The notes beneath the pieces were generated by a model. It made no database searches, was not told the origin of the DNA, and saw only the letters and a list, made by a program, of their open reading frames with translations. From Antedon mediterranea (taxonomy: Eukaryota > Animalia > Echinodermata), in the NCBI RefSeq assembly GCF_964355755.1, contig NC_092671.1, positions 36,280,304 to 36,344,303 on the forward strand: a stretch of 64,000 nucleotides of DNA, read 5' to 3'. This document shows, piece by piece, positions 36,611-51,794 of this stretch (position 1 is its first letter; each line of letters begins with the position of its first letter). A program made the translations under genes and the position numbers.

Positions 36611-39583
36611 TTATTTCTCATCCAGTACCCTTGCTATAATAAACGATTTACCATCCTTTTCAATCACATTACAGGTGTCAAGGTAATTTGCATTAGATGC
36701 ACGTGTCTGTTTAAATAATTTATCTTTATCTGCATCAGACCCAGAATTGACAGTTTTTGAAAGTTTATGAAAGTAGTCCCTGGGAGCAGGCGTAGTAATC
36801 TGGAAACTAAAGCTGAGAGAACAGCCCTTTACCACCTCCGTGTGGTGCCTCATTCCAACATACCAAAAAAGTAATTCCCCTTAAAAATGAATAATAGTAA
36901 TTCTTTTTTATAAATAATCAAATTAACACAAATATACAAATAGGTTATTATTCAAAATTTAAAAACAAAAGTTGTCTAGTCCTTACCTGGGTACAAAGTA
37001 AACACAATAGGCTTTGACCATTTCAATTCTCCCTCTTCCGAGATTGGCCATGACAGACTCCAATTTTTTACCCCAGAAAACTGCAAAAACATACAGTAAG
37101 CAACATGAGGGCTGTAGGCACCAAAACCTGACCACTTTTTCACAGAGGACTTTGGCAACCCAGTGGCTTGAACAGAGATTGTTCCCCTTTCTTACGAAAT
37201 CCGTACCACTTTATTTCTCGTGGCTACATGGGCGGAATGCGAATATAGAAAAATGAAATCTCACCTGTGCAGATATGAATGTGTCACATGTTTCATCCAG
37301 GTGGGGTGAGACACCTGTGTTCTCTGTTCCGATAAAAATATTTAAATTTGGATGTGAAGAATTGATGTGCGGCTCTGCAGTGTAAACATCTTTGAATAAG
37401 AAGTAGGGTGCCCTCACATTATTCATCAGTTCCTGAAAGAAAGTTAAGTACATTATTTTAGAGAGACAATTAGGTTTGTGTGTACGCACTTTGGTATTAT
37501 ATTCCTGATTCAATGTCTGAGGGCAGCAAACAGACAATTCAGATACTGTATTAATTTACCCTTAATAAAAATTTACTTACTTGCATATATTTTAAGTTTT
37601 CTGGAGTTTGTAAATTCATGTATCCCGCCATACACTCCAAGCCTTCAAATTTGTTTCTCTTATTAATATTTCTTAAAGAAATATTCTCTTGTGCCTGAAA
37701 AAAATTAAATGAACATAATTTTATTTCAGTGTTTATACTCAGAAAAGATTAATTGAATTCAATAATACTGAGGTACAGTAGGATTAATACTAATAAAAAA
37801 AAGAGAGAAAAAGGAGCTTATGAAGGTTCAAAACTAGGCCTGGTGGTTGTACACCAAACATACAGTATTTTTATAGAGTTCTGCGGTGCAACGTCACAAC
37901 GAAAGATGGCGCTGCGTGGTTGCTACTATGTTGATAAACACATATAGATCGGTGTTTCTATCAAATTATGTATCTTAGCTTGCTTTTTTTTTAACTTAAA
38001 CTGTAGTTGAAAAATAAATAGATTATTCAAAACGAATATTTAGTGATATTTTGAAATTTTAGTTCGTTTTTATTGAAAATTATTACGTTTTAAAATGACT
38101 ACTTCAATAAGCCTATTCCAAACCATTGGTGACCTTGGAGTCACTCAGGCAGGTTGAACGCATTTTTTGGTTGGCTAGCAACCACGCAGCACCTCCTACC
38201 GTCCACGCAGTGCCACCTACTAGATTGATTTCAATATCTTACCTGCCAATCAAAATATTTAGCATCAGGATAGTTATAAATAATGGATTGACAGTTTAGT
38301 TCACCAAGCCCTGGCCAGTCTAGTGGTTGAAAGCAATAACAATAGAATTAAGTGCAGGCATAATAAAATACTCACGTTGTTATACATTGAATAACTAGTA
38401 GACTAGTACTAGTGTTTTGTATATCCTCTGGTATACCCTCCCCCTCCCCTCTTTAGAACATGTAATTTAGTCAACTTTGGGAGTGGGACTATACCCGGAG
38501 AAACCTTGGTTCAGGAAAAAAATGATTGGTAAGCATTTATTGTAAACCTCTTTTGAACTGACTAGAGAAAGGCCTACAGTACATCATGACCAAAAGAGAC
38601 TATACCCGGGGATATACCTGTTTGTGAAATTAGACATAAAATAGGGGGTGGGATTAGACCAGAAGTGGGATTATACCCGAGGATATATTGCAATCTTTCC
38701 TTAAATGTCGTAACTTTTTTTTAAATTACCTCTCATTCCATCGGTTACCACAACAGGCTCTCCAGTGTTTACAATGTTTTTAAATTCTTCTGCATTTAAG
38801 TTGCTAACTCTTCTAATACTTTTGCTTGAACTCTTGCGGATAAATACTCTTTCTTCTGCAGCAATCCAATTTGGACACGGTAATAACATTGCATTTAAGA
38901 CGTCTGGAAAAAAAATGGACTAAATTAAATACATGGGTACAATTCAAGAGTAACATTTTAAGATAAATAATTATCATGACAAGTTGGATGATGCATATAA
39001 AAAATTAATTCATAAATAATAAGAAAAACTAAATTTAAAGTTATTAATATAAATGTGATCACCATTAAAAATGAAATAGGCTTGAACTTTTTAAGTACTA
39101 ATTATTAATATTATTTTATTAACTAATTATAAACTTGTCTTTCATTAAAAAGTAATTACTTCTGCTAGCAGCTATGCCTACTAAGTACTACTACTGTATT
39201 ACTTAGCTACTACTAGCTAGCCTAGTATATTTGATGAATAAGTCTACCTACAGTACTACTACAACCACCAAAGTTTTACTACCCTAGGCCTAGTGGAGAT
39301 CCGGCCTAGTTAGTACCTAATGCCTAGAACTTGCAATCAAAATTCAAAAACGTTTGTTAAAATGTTAGATATTTAATCTAGGCCTACCTTCTTTTAAGTA
39401 AGCAAATGTTTCCACAACATCGACACCAATTATGAATGAGGACGTCGAAGCTATAAAAGGTAGTGTGATATTCCAGAATACAAATAATGCGATTGGAAAA
39501 CTTAGGCCTAGTAATATTGCCACCTTCGGTTCAACTGGTTGGATGTGCCCCGGTTGCAGTGCCGAACTCTTCTTGCCTTTCAT
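36611..39583 (-). CDS. JmjC/cupin-domain protein with N-terminal transmembrane segment, 7 exons, about 363 aa
   Basis: Exons 39388-39583, 38730-38903, 38243-38319, 37581-37694, 37265-37432, 36987-37080 and 36611-36879 join in phase. Motifs EEF...GEPVVVTDGMRDWP, NIFIG..NTGVSPHLD, QFSGVKNWSL, LYPGELLFWYVGMRHHT. Confidence 0.85.
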
Positions 39584-39841
39584 TATTAATATTAGACTGG
39601 GGGCCTAGCTATTTTCAAACTGGTTATATTCACGCTTATTCTTAAATTAAGTCTAATTTACACAAATCATGACTAAAAATCACTTATACTGGCCCAAACT
39701 ATATACAAATAGATAGACGCTAAAACAACTTTTTATGCAGTAAACCTATATTATGCAACACAAACAAACATGTGTGAAACAAGACAACGCCCTCATTGTT
39801 GACATTCATTTATTTCCACAGAGCATGCGTGAAAGAAAATT

Positions 39842-39880
39842 AATGGCGGAGATGGTCACGTGACGTACGACCTCTTTCAT
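39842..39880 (+). promoter_or_regulatory. RPS27 core promoter: YY1-like site, GTCACGTGAC E-box palindrome, TCT/5'TOP initiator
   Basis: aatggcgg at 39842, gtcacgtgac at 39855, cctctttc at 39871. Confidence 0.7.
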
Positions 39881-39905
39881 GTGAATTTCACATTGCGACG
39901 CAATC

Positions 39906-41781
<1,876 letters not shown>

Positions 41782-42748
41782 GTGAACAACGACTGGGAGA
41801 AGGTGTACAGCATGTGTTACATAGACCTAAGGAGCCATTCTCATAACACTTAAAATAGCAGCAACACAACTAATAACAACAATCAGTTGATGGTATAATT
41901 ATGTAAAATATAAAAAAATATCAAAAAGGCTCGTGTATTTGTTGAATATTCATCAGTTACATTTACAAAGAATTAATAAATGCTGTGAGCCTTTTCCTCA
42001 AACTACTTGTTTGGTATTTTTTGTTAGTGAGCTTTTGATTTGGAACAACTTATGTCATGTTAATTTATTATGTTCATTCGGGGAAGTTTGGATGCGCTTC
42101 CTCCTATTATTTCTCGACACAGATTTGGTAGTTTCTATGTCTCGACTGACGACACAATGTATAAATCCTCGATTATCGCAAAGTGAAAGCTACTTTTGTA
42201 TGTAAATGGGTAAATAAACTGCTACTTGCAGCCTACTGGGACTAGTAAACCAGGGGTAACCCTCTACTCTTCCGAAATATATACTGGGTTCTTTGAAGTA
42301 CGCACGAGGCAGATGTGTACACTGGACCTCCAGTTAAGTACAATGGTCGAGGAGTGACTTCAACCTGTGCCGATTGTGTAGCTATGGTTTGCGGAGCCCC
42401 TGCCTTAACCACTCAAGCCGAGTGACCGAGCCAGATTGGCGAAATACATCAAAATTGACAGTCATGAATATGATACGAAAAAATGTTATTCTAGGAAGAA
42501 TGTAGATTCTAGGATACGGTTTGCCACCGGTGGTCTACGGTATTGTCATGGTTAAATAATAATTGCTGGTCAACAAATGTTTTTAAATTATTTTATTGTA
42601 TTTAAATTCTACAGTACCACAAAAGTATAGACTTGGTAGGCCTACAAAGAGAAACAGCATAGCTTGGTTCATGCTAGTGAACGTCCAATCTGGACGACGC
42701 AAAAATATAGACTTGGTAGGCCTACAAAGAGGAACAGCATAGCTTGGT

Positions 42749-44102
42749 TCATGCTAGTGAACGTCCAATCTTGACGACGCACGACACAATTACAGTAATG
42801 GCCATTACAATCTCTGCCATAGCAAATGATGCTATTAGGATTCGATTCATTTTTTTAAAACGATTTTCAACATCTTCAACGGTTTCTTTCTAAAAAAAAA
42901 AGTTTGAAAAAGAACATGAAAAATAAATATTTTGATATTATTAAAGAAAAGTGGGAAGAGTGCGAATGGTCATGCGTTTAGACAACAAACATTAAGTAAA
43001 GCTCTGTCTACACTATTAAAGTGTGATGTGCCCATATATGGACACGATTATGTCATATTACTACCATATTTAGACATATCACTACCATACACTACTACAT
43101 TTGGGCACATCGCACTTTTTTGTTACATAAAGTTTGACGGTGTAGACAAATCTTTATACAGAAGTGGTGGTGTTTTATACCTGTTTAGTGTTTTGTTTAT
43201 ACTGCATGGGACCTTGTTGCTTGGGACCTTGTTGCATGGGGCCTTGTTGCATGGGACCTTGTTGCATGGGACCTTGTTGTTGCATAGGGCCTTGCTGTTG
43301 ATATGGTTGTTGGTATGGTACGCCATTGGGCTGTCCTACACCGTAACCTGTTGCAGCAGCTAAACACAAGAAATATGCGATTACAATATCTGATGGAATA
43401 TGGCCTCAATGCACAAACATGCCTTTTATTTAGGTCTAACCCTAACTAAAACATAGGCTTGCAAAACAAGGAAGACGACATACATTGATGTATATAGAGA
43501 CGGATACTGGTATGCAGAGAGATGAACTGGCTGTCACAATGACAGATATAGGAAGATATGGAGTAATCTAGTCATAAAGTTTGGGTATGTCCCAGACTAA
43601 GTAATGCAGAGAGATGAACTGGTTGTCACAATGACAGATAGGAAGTTATGGAGGAATATAGTCATATAAGTTTGGGATGTCCCAGACTACGTAATGCAGA
43701 GAGAGATGAACTGGCTGTTCTGTCACAATGACAGATAGGAAATTATGGAGGAATATAGTCATATAAGTTTGGGATGTCCCAGACTACGTAATGCAGAGAG
43801 ATGAACTGGCTGTTCTGTCACAATGACAGATAGGAAATTATGGAGGAATCTAGTCATATAAGTTTGGGATGTCCCAGACTACGTAATGCAGAGAGATGAA
43901 CTGGCTGTCACAATGGCAGATAGGAAGTTATGGAGGAATCTAGTCATTTAAGTTCGGGTAAGTACCGGACTAAGTAGGCCTAAGTAAGTAACCCTGACCA
44001 GTAGTTACATAAAACAGATATATTACCTGAATTGACATTATTCAACGTATAACCGATAAACAATATCAATGTTGCTAGGCCTATACCAAGTTTGATCATC
44101 AT
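42749..44102 (-). CDS. Small type-I membrane protein with QQGPM repeats, 3 exons, about 131 aa, unknown family
   Basis: Exons 44027-44102 (signal peptide MMIKLGIGLATLILFIGYTLNNVNS), 43181-43359 (YQQPYQQQGPMQQQGPMQQGPMQQGPMQQGPKQQGPM) and 42749-42889 (TM ILIASFAMAEIVMAITVIVSCVV) join in phase. Confidence 0.7.
43512..43970. repeat. About 90-bp unit minisatellite, about 5 copies, intronic
   Basis: Unit atgcagagagatgaactggctgtcacaatgacagataggaagttatggaggaatctagtcatataagtttgggatgtcccagactacgta. Confidence 0.95.
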
Positions 44103-44422
44103 TAATAATTCTTAGAAACTTTCAGTGAATGGGATGGCCTCTCTAATCTGCTACGTTTGCTGTTTTTATGTGTTTTGAGTTTGGCCTTCTTGGAGACCAA
44201 TGTCAAGGCAACAGGTGGTATGCGCGCGTGAGTGTTGTGCGATCAACGTATAAGACGCTTAATGTGACGATTTGCGCTAAACGCGAATAATAACCAACCG
44301 GGCCATCAATATACGAGCATTTTATATTATGAAAATACAAACAGAAAAGACAATTTTGTTATAAATATTATTTATTTAATCTTTAGCAGGTGTTTTTTTT
44401 ATGTGTAAATGTCAAAAAAATG

Positions 44423-46033
44423 TTAAAGCATTTGCATCCCTTGCTGCATTCCTTTGTCTGCTTTGAAGAGGCAAAACTTGACGAAACCAGTGGTGAAGAT
44501 TGTCGACAAAATAAACACGAACAAGAAAATGAAAAATCGTTTCACAAATTTCCGTCGAAGTGGACCTTTAATTTCCTTTACTGTTTTCTGTCGTGGAGGC
44601 TGTGATTAGAAAAGATATAAACAATGATTATATTATTTAAAGAAACATTATTTAGAATATCATTACAAGAGGCCAACTCAGAGACAGCGTCGAACAACGA
44701 GGCCCGATGAGGAAAAAATTTAACATGTTTAAAGTTCTCCCGACGACCTAAGAACGACGCCCGACGCTATCTCAAGACAACTCGTCTCGTCGGGATTCAA
44801 CTCGGAGAGCACCGACGCACGTCGATTCTGTCTGAGTTGGCGCCCTTTACAAAAGGTGGTTCTGCTGACGTCAGATACGGTATCATAATGGTCAAGTAGG
44901 CCTATACAATATTACATTCAAACTACAATGAGGTGCCAATACTGTGTATAATTAGTAGACCATTACTTCAAAATGTTGCAATAGACTATTAGTATTATGG
45001 ATAATAACATTTTCGTTTGGCCTTACTCTTGGTTGGTATCCAACATTTCTTGGTTCCCGCTGCAAAATCATGTTGTCCGTAATGTTAGTCTTCAACGTTA
45101 TTGTTACATTTAGTTTGTTTTCAAGACTTATGACATCATTCCCATTGTTAATCGCTGCAAGAGGTCTTGCAGATGCGACTGTTGAAAACACAGAAATTAT
45201 ACTCTATTGACTTAGTGGCCAGATGTAAAACAAAACCCAACTATATTGAATATTTGATGAGAGAGGGTATCATCATTGTTGGACGATGGACGTGGTAAAT
45301 GGAAATTAAACAATCCGCAATTTTGTGTTGTAATAAATGAGAGAATAAAATGAATGTTGGCATTTAATAATGTGATTGTATAAACTAACTAATTGAAAAA
45401 AAATAAGACGGTTTTCAGTAGCAGTAATAGTAATTTATTTATTGTTGAATAATATTTAATATACTGTAATTAATAATACACTTTATTAATTTGTTTTAAT
45501 TTGCATTTAGCTTAGTTTAGTTTTAGTTTCTTTATTCAAATTCACAAAAACACAACATATAAAAACAAAGAATGAATTCAGGGTAACACAAAAAAGTAAC
45601 CAAAGGTCTAACTTATTTTCATTGTGGCCCTTAATATTTCCATTGTGGCCCTTGCCCTTTAGCTATAGCCTATTAGAGTGGTGTAACGGCTATGAGCGCT
45701 CACTGGCTAAACTCAGCGGCCCCGGAGCTTATGTGGGGGGGGGGGGGGTCTCTGAGCAGTGCCCAGAGGAAAAAAATACATAAAAATATGTCGGAAAGGG
45801 CTAAAAACGCCCGAGGCCTCCAGCGTTACTAGGCATATTATAGTTTGGTTGGCCTACTTTACACAACACTACAAGGCACTGCCTGTTTAACGACGTAAAG
45901 CGTTCATCCTAACAGGCTCTAGGGCTAGGCCTAGGGGCCTATTAATAAATAAATTATTTAATTTAAAGTGTTTAAACTAACCTGTAAAAACCAATACCAA
46001 AACTGAAAATAAAAACATGATACTTGAATCCAT
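44423..46033 (-). CDS. Small type-I membrane protein, 3 exons, about 146 aa, unknown family
   Basis: Exons 45982-46033 (signal peptide MDSSIMFLFSVLVLVFT-VASA), 44967-45178 (Asn-rich; NVT and NIT sequons) and 44423-44599 (TM FFIFLFVFILSTIFTTGFVKFCLF) join in phase. Confidence 0.7.
44670..44846. mobile_element. MITE-like inverted-repeat element
   Basis: gccaactcaga ... tctgagttggc inverted termini. Confidence 0.55.
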
Positions 46034-46509
46034 AATACACTGTTTTTTTTAACGAAATTTTTAACATAGAAATGCGATCGGTATGAATACTGTAAACCTG
46101 GTAACCGATGACGCTCGCATACTATCACTAAGCTACTAAGTACGCGCGCGTGCGTGTTACGTTTGTACTTTACGTGCGTACTTAATTACAAGATATAAGT
46201 TTTTGCAAAATTGTTATTGGCTTGCCATAAATAAAGCTCTCTGATTGGCTTAAATATTGTTATCGTTTGCTTCTCAATAAAATATCGCTCATGCAAGCGG
46301 TATGCAAAACGATCTTATATCGTACAGGATAGAATCGTATAGTTATCGTCCTATTGTGAACGACTCTATTGATTTTAACTTTTATTTTATCACATATCGT
46401 TAAAGCAACCGTCGTAGTGTAAAAAGGCCTTTAAGCTAAGTATAACGAGAGGCAAGCAAGACTAACTCTTTGGTTCATAGCTTGAAACACAAATATTTCG
46501 TTAATTATT

Positions 46510-48730
46510 TCATTTTAGGCCGCCTAAAGAGACATTTTCACGTCGTCGGTTTGTCTGTAGTGTCACCGACTCTTCTTCTTCTTCTTCATTTTCCTCATCA
46601 TAATGATTAAATTCAAATGATGAGTATTCCATGCTCAATGATTCGGGTAAAGATGATTCAAACAAGCTAGCCGAGCCATCGTCTGGCCAAACCTCGGTCG
46701 CTTTGTTGTCGTTTATCCAACCAAATATCGAGTTGCATAGCGTTCTGCCTTGTTCGCACGAACACAGCAAGCTACCTCTGAAGAATCGTTCGTTAACCTG
46801 GAAACGAAAGTTAAACGTGTTACGGATTGTAAATTATAAATAGACGAAAAAAGGAAGTTTTTAATAATGCCCTACTGTGAAAATTAAAGTGTACACTCCC
46901 ATAATAAACAATGAATAATGGATTGTGGTTAGAGCGCAAATAAACAACATACAGGAGGGAGGAAACCATGCCATGTATAGATAGGAATAAATCTAGATCA
47001 CAGTGGCGGATCTGGGCTTTTGAAATAGAGAGTTGGGGGGGGGGGGGCATGGTGAAATGAAGGGCTGAGCTTAATTTTATGTCCTATATTGTGCATTACA
47101 ATGGAGATCTACGCACACATTTCAGGGTCCAATCCAAGATGGCCGGAAGGCTCTTGGTTAATAACTAAAGTATTAGGCCTAACTATACTGAATAAATATG
47201 GTCTATTATTATAACATCAACGTCATCGTCTTTTTCATGTAATCATCTCCATTGTCTTGCTCTAAATACGTCACCCGTTTTGCTAACTTGCCGTTGGTTT
47301 TATCACAGTATAATATGGAACGCCGTTTACGCAACATTCATAATCATCGAAATGTTGCGTAAACGGCGTTCCATAGTTCCATATAATCTCTTTGTGATCA
47401 GCATGTTTTATCACCATTGTCATAAAAGTAATTTATTTTTATTAAAAGGTTCTCTAAATAACACCTGGTATTACTTTGTCTAGCTGGATACTATAGTATA
47501 CCCTTTAAAGCTCTGTCTACACTAGTTTAACAAACAAAAGTGTGATGTGCCCAAATATGATAGTGATATGCCCATATATGGTAGTGATATGTCATCATCA
47601 TGTCCATATATGGGCACATCACGTTTTTTTTTCATCACACAAGTTTGATTGTAAACAAAGCTGAAGTTGAAATATTTAAATATATAATGAAATAAAAAGC
47701 ATACTACACACTTACACCATGAAAGACGCCTCTGTGTACGCATCCACATTCAAATTTCGTCACACATTTGTCATCAACCGTTAGATACGTATCTTCTCCA
47801 TTCCTTTGTGGACACTGGCAACCCGGATGACAAACACTGGTACATTTAAGTTGGTCTAACAAGTTCTCTCCGTAGAACAACTCCTCACATGTTGTCTGTA
47901 GGCCACAGTTGCGATGACAGGCAGTTCGTTCCATATCTCCAGCGCAACTTATTTCATTACTTGTTGTACTATTATAATCTTCTGTTAAACAAGAATATGA
48001 AATTAATATCTTTAGTTAACATTACATTATATTATATTATGTTACAACGCAGTTGTTAATAAAACGTAATATACCTATCTTAATCTAATTACTAGGCCTA
48101 AATTCAGATAACCGAGGTTTGAATGGTGATGAAATGTTAATATACTAAGCCTATACGCAATTGACTATTATTTATACACCGAATGATTTTCCTAGCCTTA
48201 ATAGTACCAATGCAACCTAACAACAATATGCTGAGCTCCGGAGATTAAACGGTTTATTTGTGGCTGCGACACGATCAGTTCCATGGAGAATATGTACATT
48301 GTACATTACTGTTAGTATTTGTCGCAGCCAGACATAAGATCAATTAAGGACTGTTACGAGTTCCTATAGAGCAAGGCAAGCTCAGATAGAGCCAGTCAGT
48401 TAGATTGCCTTACTAGTAAACATTTTGTGTGACTACACATAAAGAAATCAGTTAAATAAAAAGTAATTAAATATCATATCATTTAAATATTATACTCATA
48501 AATACCAGGGAAGAAGGGAATATAATATATGCCTAGAGCTTTTCCTAAACATCTTAAGGAGATTCTGCATTTTGTAAATTAACTACACTAATAATAGGCC
48601 TAAATTACTATACTGAAAACACTATAGTATATAACTTACGTAACGGTATAGCGAATCCAGTTGAAATCAGTAAATAGAAAGTAACATAAAGCAGCAGAAA
48701 TAGCAATACATTACAAGATTGCGCTAACAT
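46510..48730 (-). CDS. Secreted TIL (trypsin-inhibitor-like) plus TILa/E-type module protein with acidic tail, 3 exons, about 214 aa
   Basis: Exons 48640-48730 (signal peptide MLAQSCNVLLFLLLYVTFYLLISTGFA; alternative ATG at 48799), 47716-47981 (CAGDMERTACHRNC...TC...CTSVCHPGCQCP...CVTKFECGC) and 46510-46797 (CSCEQGRTLC, DEENEEEEEES) join in phase. Confidence 0.8.
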
Positions 48731-51700
48731 TATGTGTCCTACTTCTATAATGCACTCAAAGAATATAAATAATGTTATTCTCGCTACTTCACATTTCATT
48801 ATCCCACATGATCAAAGCAACATGGTTTATAATGCCGAATTTTTAGATGATTTATAGGGACTTTATTTCCTACTCAGGTTGATTAAACATTTGATATCAG
48901 CCAGTTGGCGTACTAATACGAGATTGCAAGTATAAAACAGAGAGGTATATAACACGGCCTGTGATTGGATCATAGAGTAATTATTACTCCATGATTGGAG
49001 TTACTGTAGCGACGACCACAGCGATTTACGTCATGTGAAAAAAAAGAGAAACTTTGTGCAAATCACTCGTGTTACCACGAATAATGTAAAGTTTGTTCGA
49101 GCGCTATAAATTATAACAGACGTTGTAAGCTGGTTTAAGAGTGGAGATAAAGTGGCTCTTTTTGTGTCTTTATGGGTAATAAATGAGGTTTAACGACATT
49201 CGTCTGTTGGTCGATTAGAGTCAGGTCGGTTCACAAACTCTAACCACCGCCAATCCTTCCATAGACAATAATTAGCATTTCCGCTAAACACCGCTGTTTG
49301 GATGTGTATATAGGCCTAGTAGGCCTATCTATATCATAGTTGGCCCAAAGGCAACTCCTGACTACATTGTAGGCCGTCCATTCTAAATGAGGGGCCGCAT
49401 TCTAAAACTATAAACTGTAAAAAATAACTAATAAAGGTAAGATGTCTACACTATATCAATCTATATGCCCATATATGGACTTGATGTCATATCACTACCA
49501 TATTTGGATATATCATCACTACCATATTTGTGCACATCACACCTTTTTTGTCAAACTAGTTTGATAGTGTAGACAGAGATTTACACGCTCATTATGAAAC
49601 AGCTTTGAATTAGTTGTATTTAAATAAATGTGGTTTTTTTTGCTTTCCTATCTTTAAAATTATGATTAACAAGGAAAATTCGATATATCCATTTCCTTTT
49701 CCACGATTACGCACCGCAGTAAATAAATGTGCAGAATAACCACGGCTGACTAAGCGACCACAAACGGCTAAAAAGCACGTATTCCCAAATATACCGTAAG
49801 CTCACATCTTTTGGTTATTAAAATGACTAAAGCTTCTATCCATAATGTACTTCTAACCTCTCATAAATAACGTATTGTGGATTTGAAAGTATTATAGGTA
49901 CGTCGTGGGCGTGTCTGGAATAAAATGTTCTTAAAATTAAAGTGCAACTAATTTGCAAGTGTGAAAATGAGGATAACACGAGAATTTGGAATTGGATCTC
50001 CTCTCATTATGATCGCGTAAAGCTCTGTCTACACTATCAAACTTTGTGATGTGCCTATATATGGGCATGATGATGTCATATCACTACCATATTTAAGCGT
50101 ATCACTACCATATTTGGGTATATACACTAAAGTCTGATAGTGTAGACAGAGCTTTAGATGTTTAATAATCGTGCATAATCATTACAGATTGAAATGTTGC
50201 ATTATGTATGCCTATATATAAAATGACATGCTATAATTAATGTAATGACATTAAGAAACATACCGTAGAATTACATTCTGTGTATTTAATTTGAAAGCGA
50301 TGAATACAATAAAATATTAAATGAAACTTAGCTAATAATTATAATAATTAAAAAAACCTGAATAATATTAATTTAAAATGCTATACACGAGTAATGTGTC
50401 AAAGTGCCGGAAGGGTAAATGTTATATTACAAGACATTTTTACTTATTGTAAAAAATTTCTAGGTTAACGTTTTATCATTATTAGGCCTATACATAATCA
50501 CAATTTATAACGAACCGTTTTAGGCCCTGTAATACACATTTTCACTGTATATTTAATTGTGTTATCATATATGGATTTTAACCCAATATCAACATATTTT
50601 CTATAATTCATTATCCTATTGACCGCAGATTGTGCAGTATCATTTAAATATCCATTGTTTCATCATTATGTACAATAAAAGTGGGCTGTTCCCACAAATG
50701 AGAATTTGTTGTTGTTATATTTTGTTTGTCATATTTCGGGTTATTCTTCTTCCTTTTACAAAACTAAATGTTTTTTCTATATTATAAAATATTAGTTTCC
50801 TAGACTTACTTTACAACAAATATAATTAATAAACGTTTGCTATTTACATTTGTCTCTGTTGTGATACTTATGTTAAAAGAAGTCAATGAAAGTTTGTATT
50901 AATTGAATAGGCCTATACACCGCACAAAAATATAATTGCATCTAGAAGTGAAAGGAATTATGCTTAATTTCTAAAAACGTATAATGGTATTTTATACCTT
51001 AAAATAACAAGACATTTAACATATATAATCTTATTCTTATATAGTATGTACATATTGTCTTAGCGATAATCGTTTGACAAGCGTTTAAGATGTTATTTGT
51101 ACCTCTTGGTGATTTTTTAAAAATATTTTATGTAAAGTAAACAAAAGTTATAAAGTGCAAGTAGACTATAACAGTTTAATACAATTAATTTTAATAAAAA
51201 GTTGAAAAAAAATAATCATTTGATAAAGTGAATGCACAACCAAGTAACCGCCTTCTTTTTTCATATAATATTCATTCATTCATTCAATCGTTTATTTCGG
51301 AATCTCTGGTCTAGAGAAAGTAAAATTACATATAAATGAAATAAAAATAAACAAGACTGTACTAATTACTACTAGTCATTTCAGGATGGCATACCACTTG
51401 GAGAGCATCTTTGTCTTATAAGAGACGTTGCCTATAATCGTTGACACTAAAACATTTCCACTTGAATAATCAGGCCATAGGCCAATATCTTAAATTTTCT
51501 TTTTATTTCTTAAAAATCCATAAAAGGAAGAATATGATTGCTTCATTACTATATAGCTGAATTTAAACAAACAAAAATCAGGCCTATATTTAAAAAAAAA
51601 AATCTTTATTCTTGTTTTCAATTAATTCATAAAAGAAAGAATAATGATTGCTTCATTATATATAGCTGAATTTAAACAAACAAAAATTATATTTTAAAAA

Positions 51701-51794
51701 AAAAATCTTTATTCTTGTTTTCAATTAATTAATTCTTCAATTATTGGCGAATTGACTTTTATCGCTATTTTATAAGATTGATTTGTGTAATATA

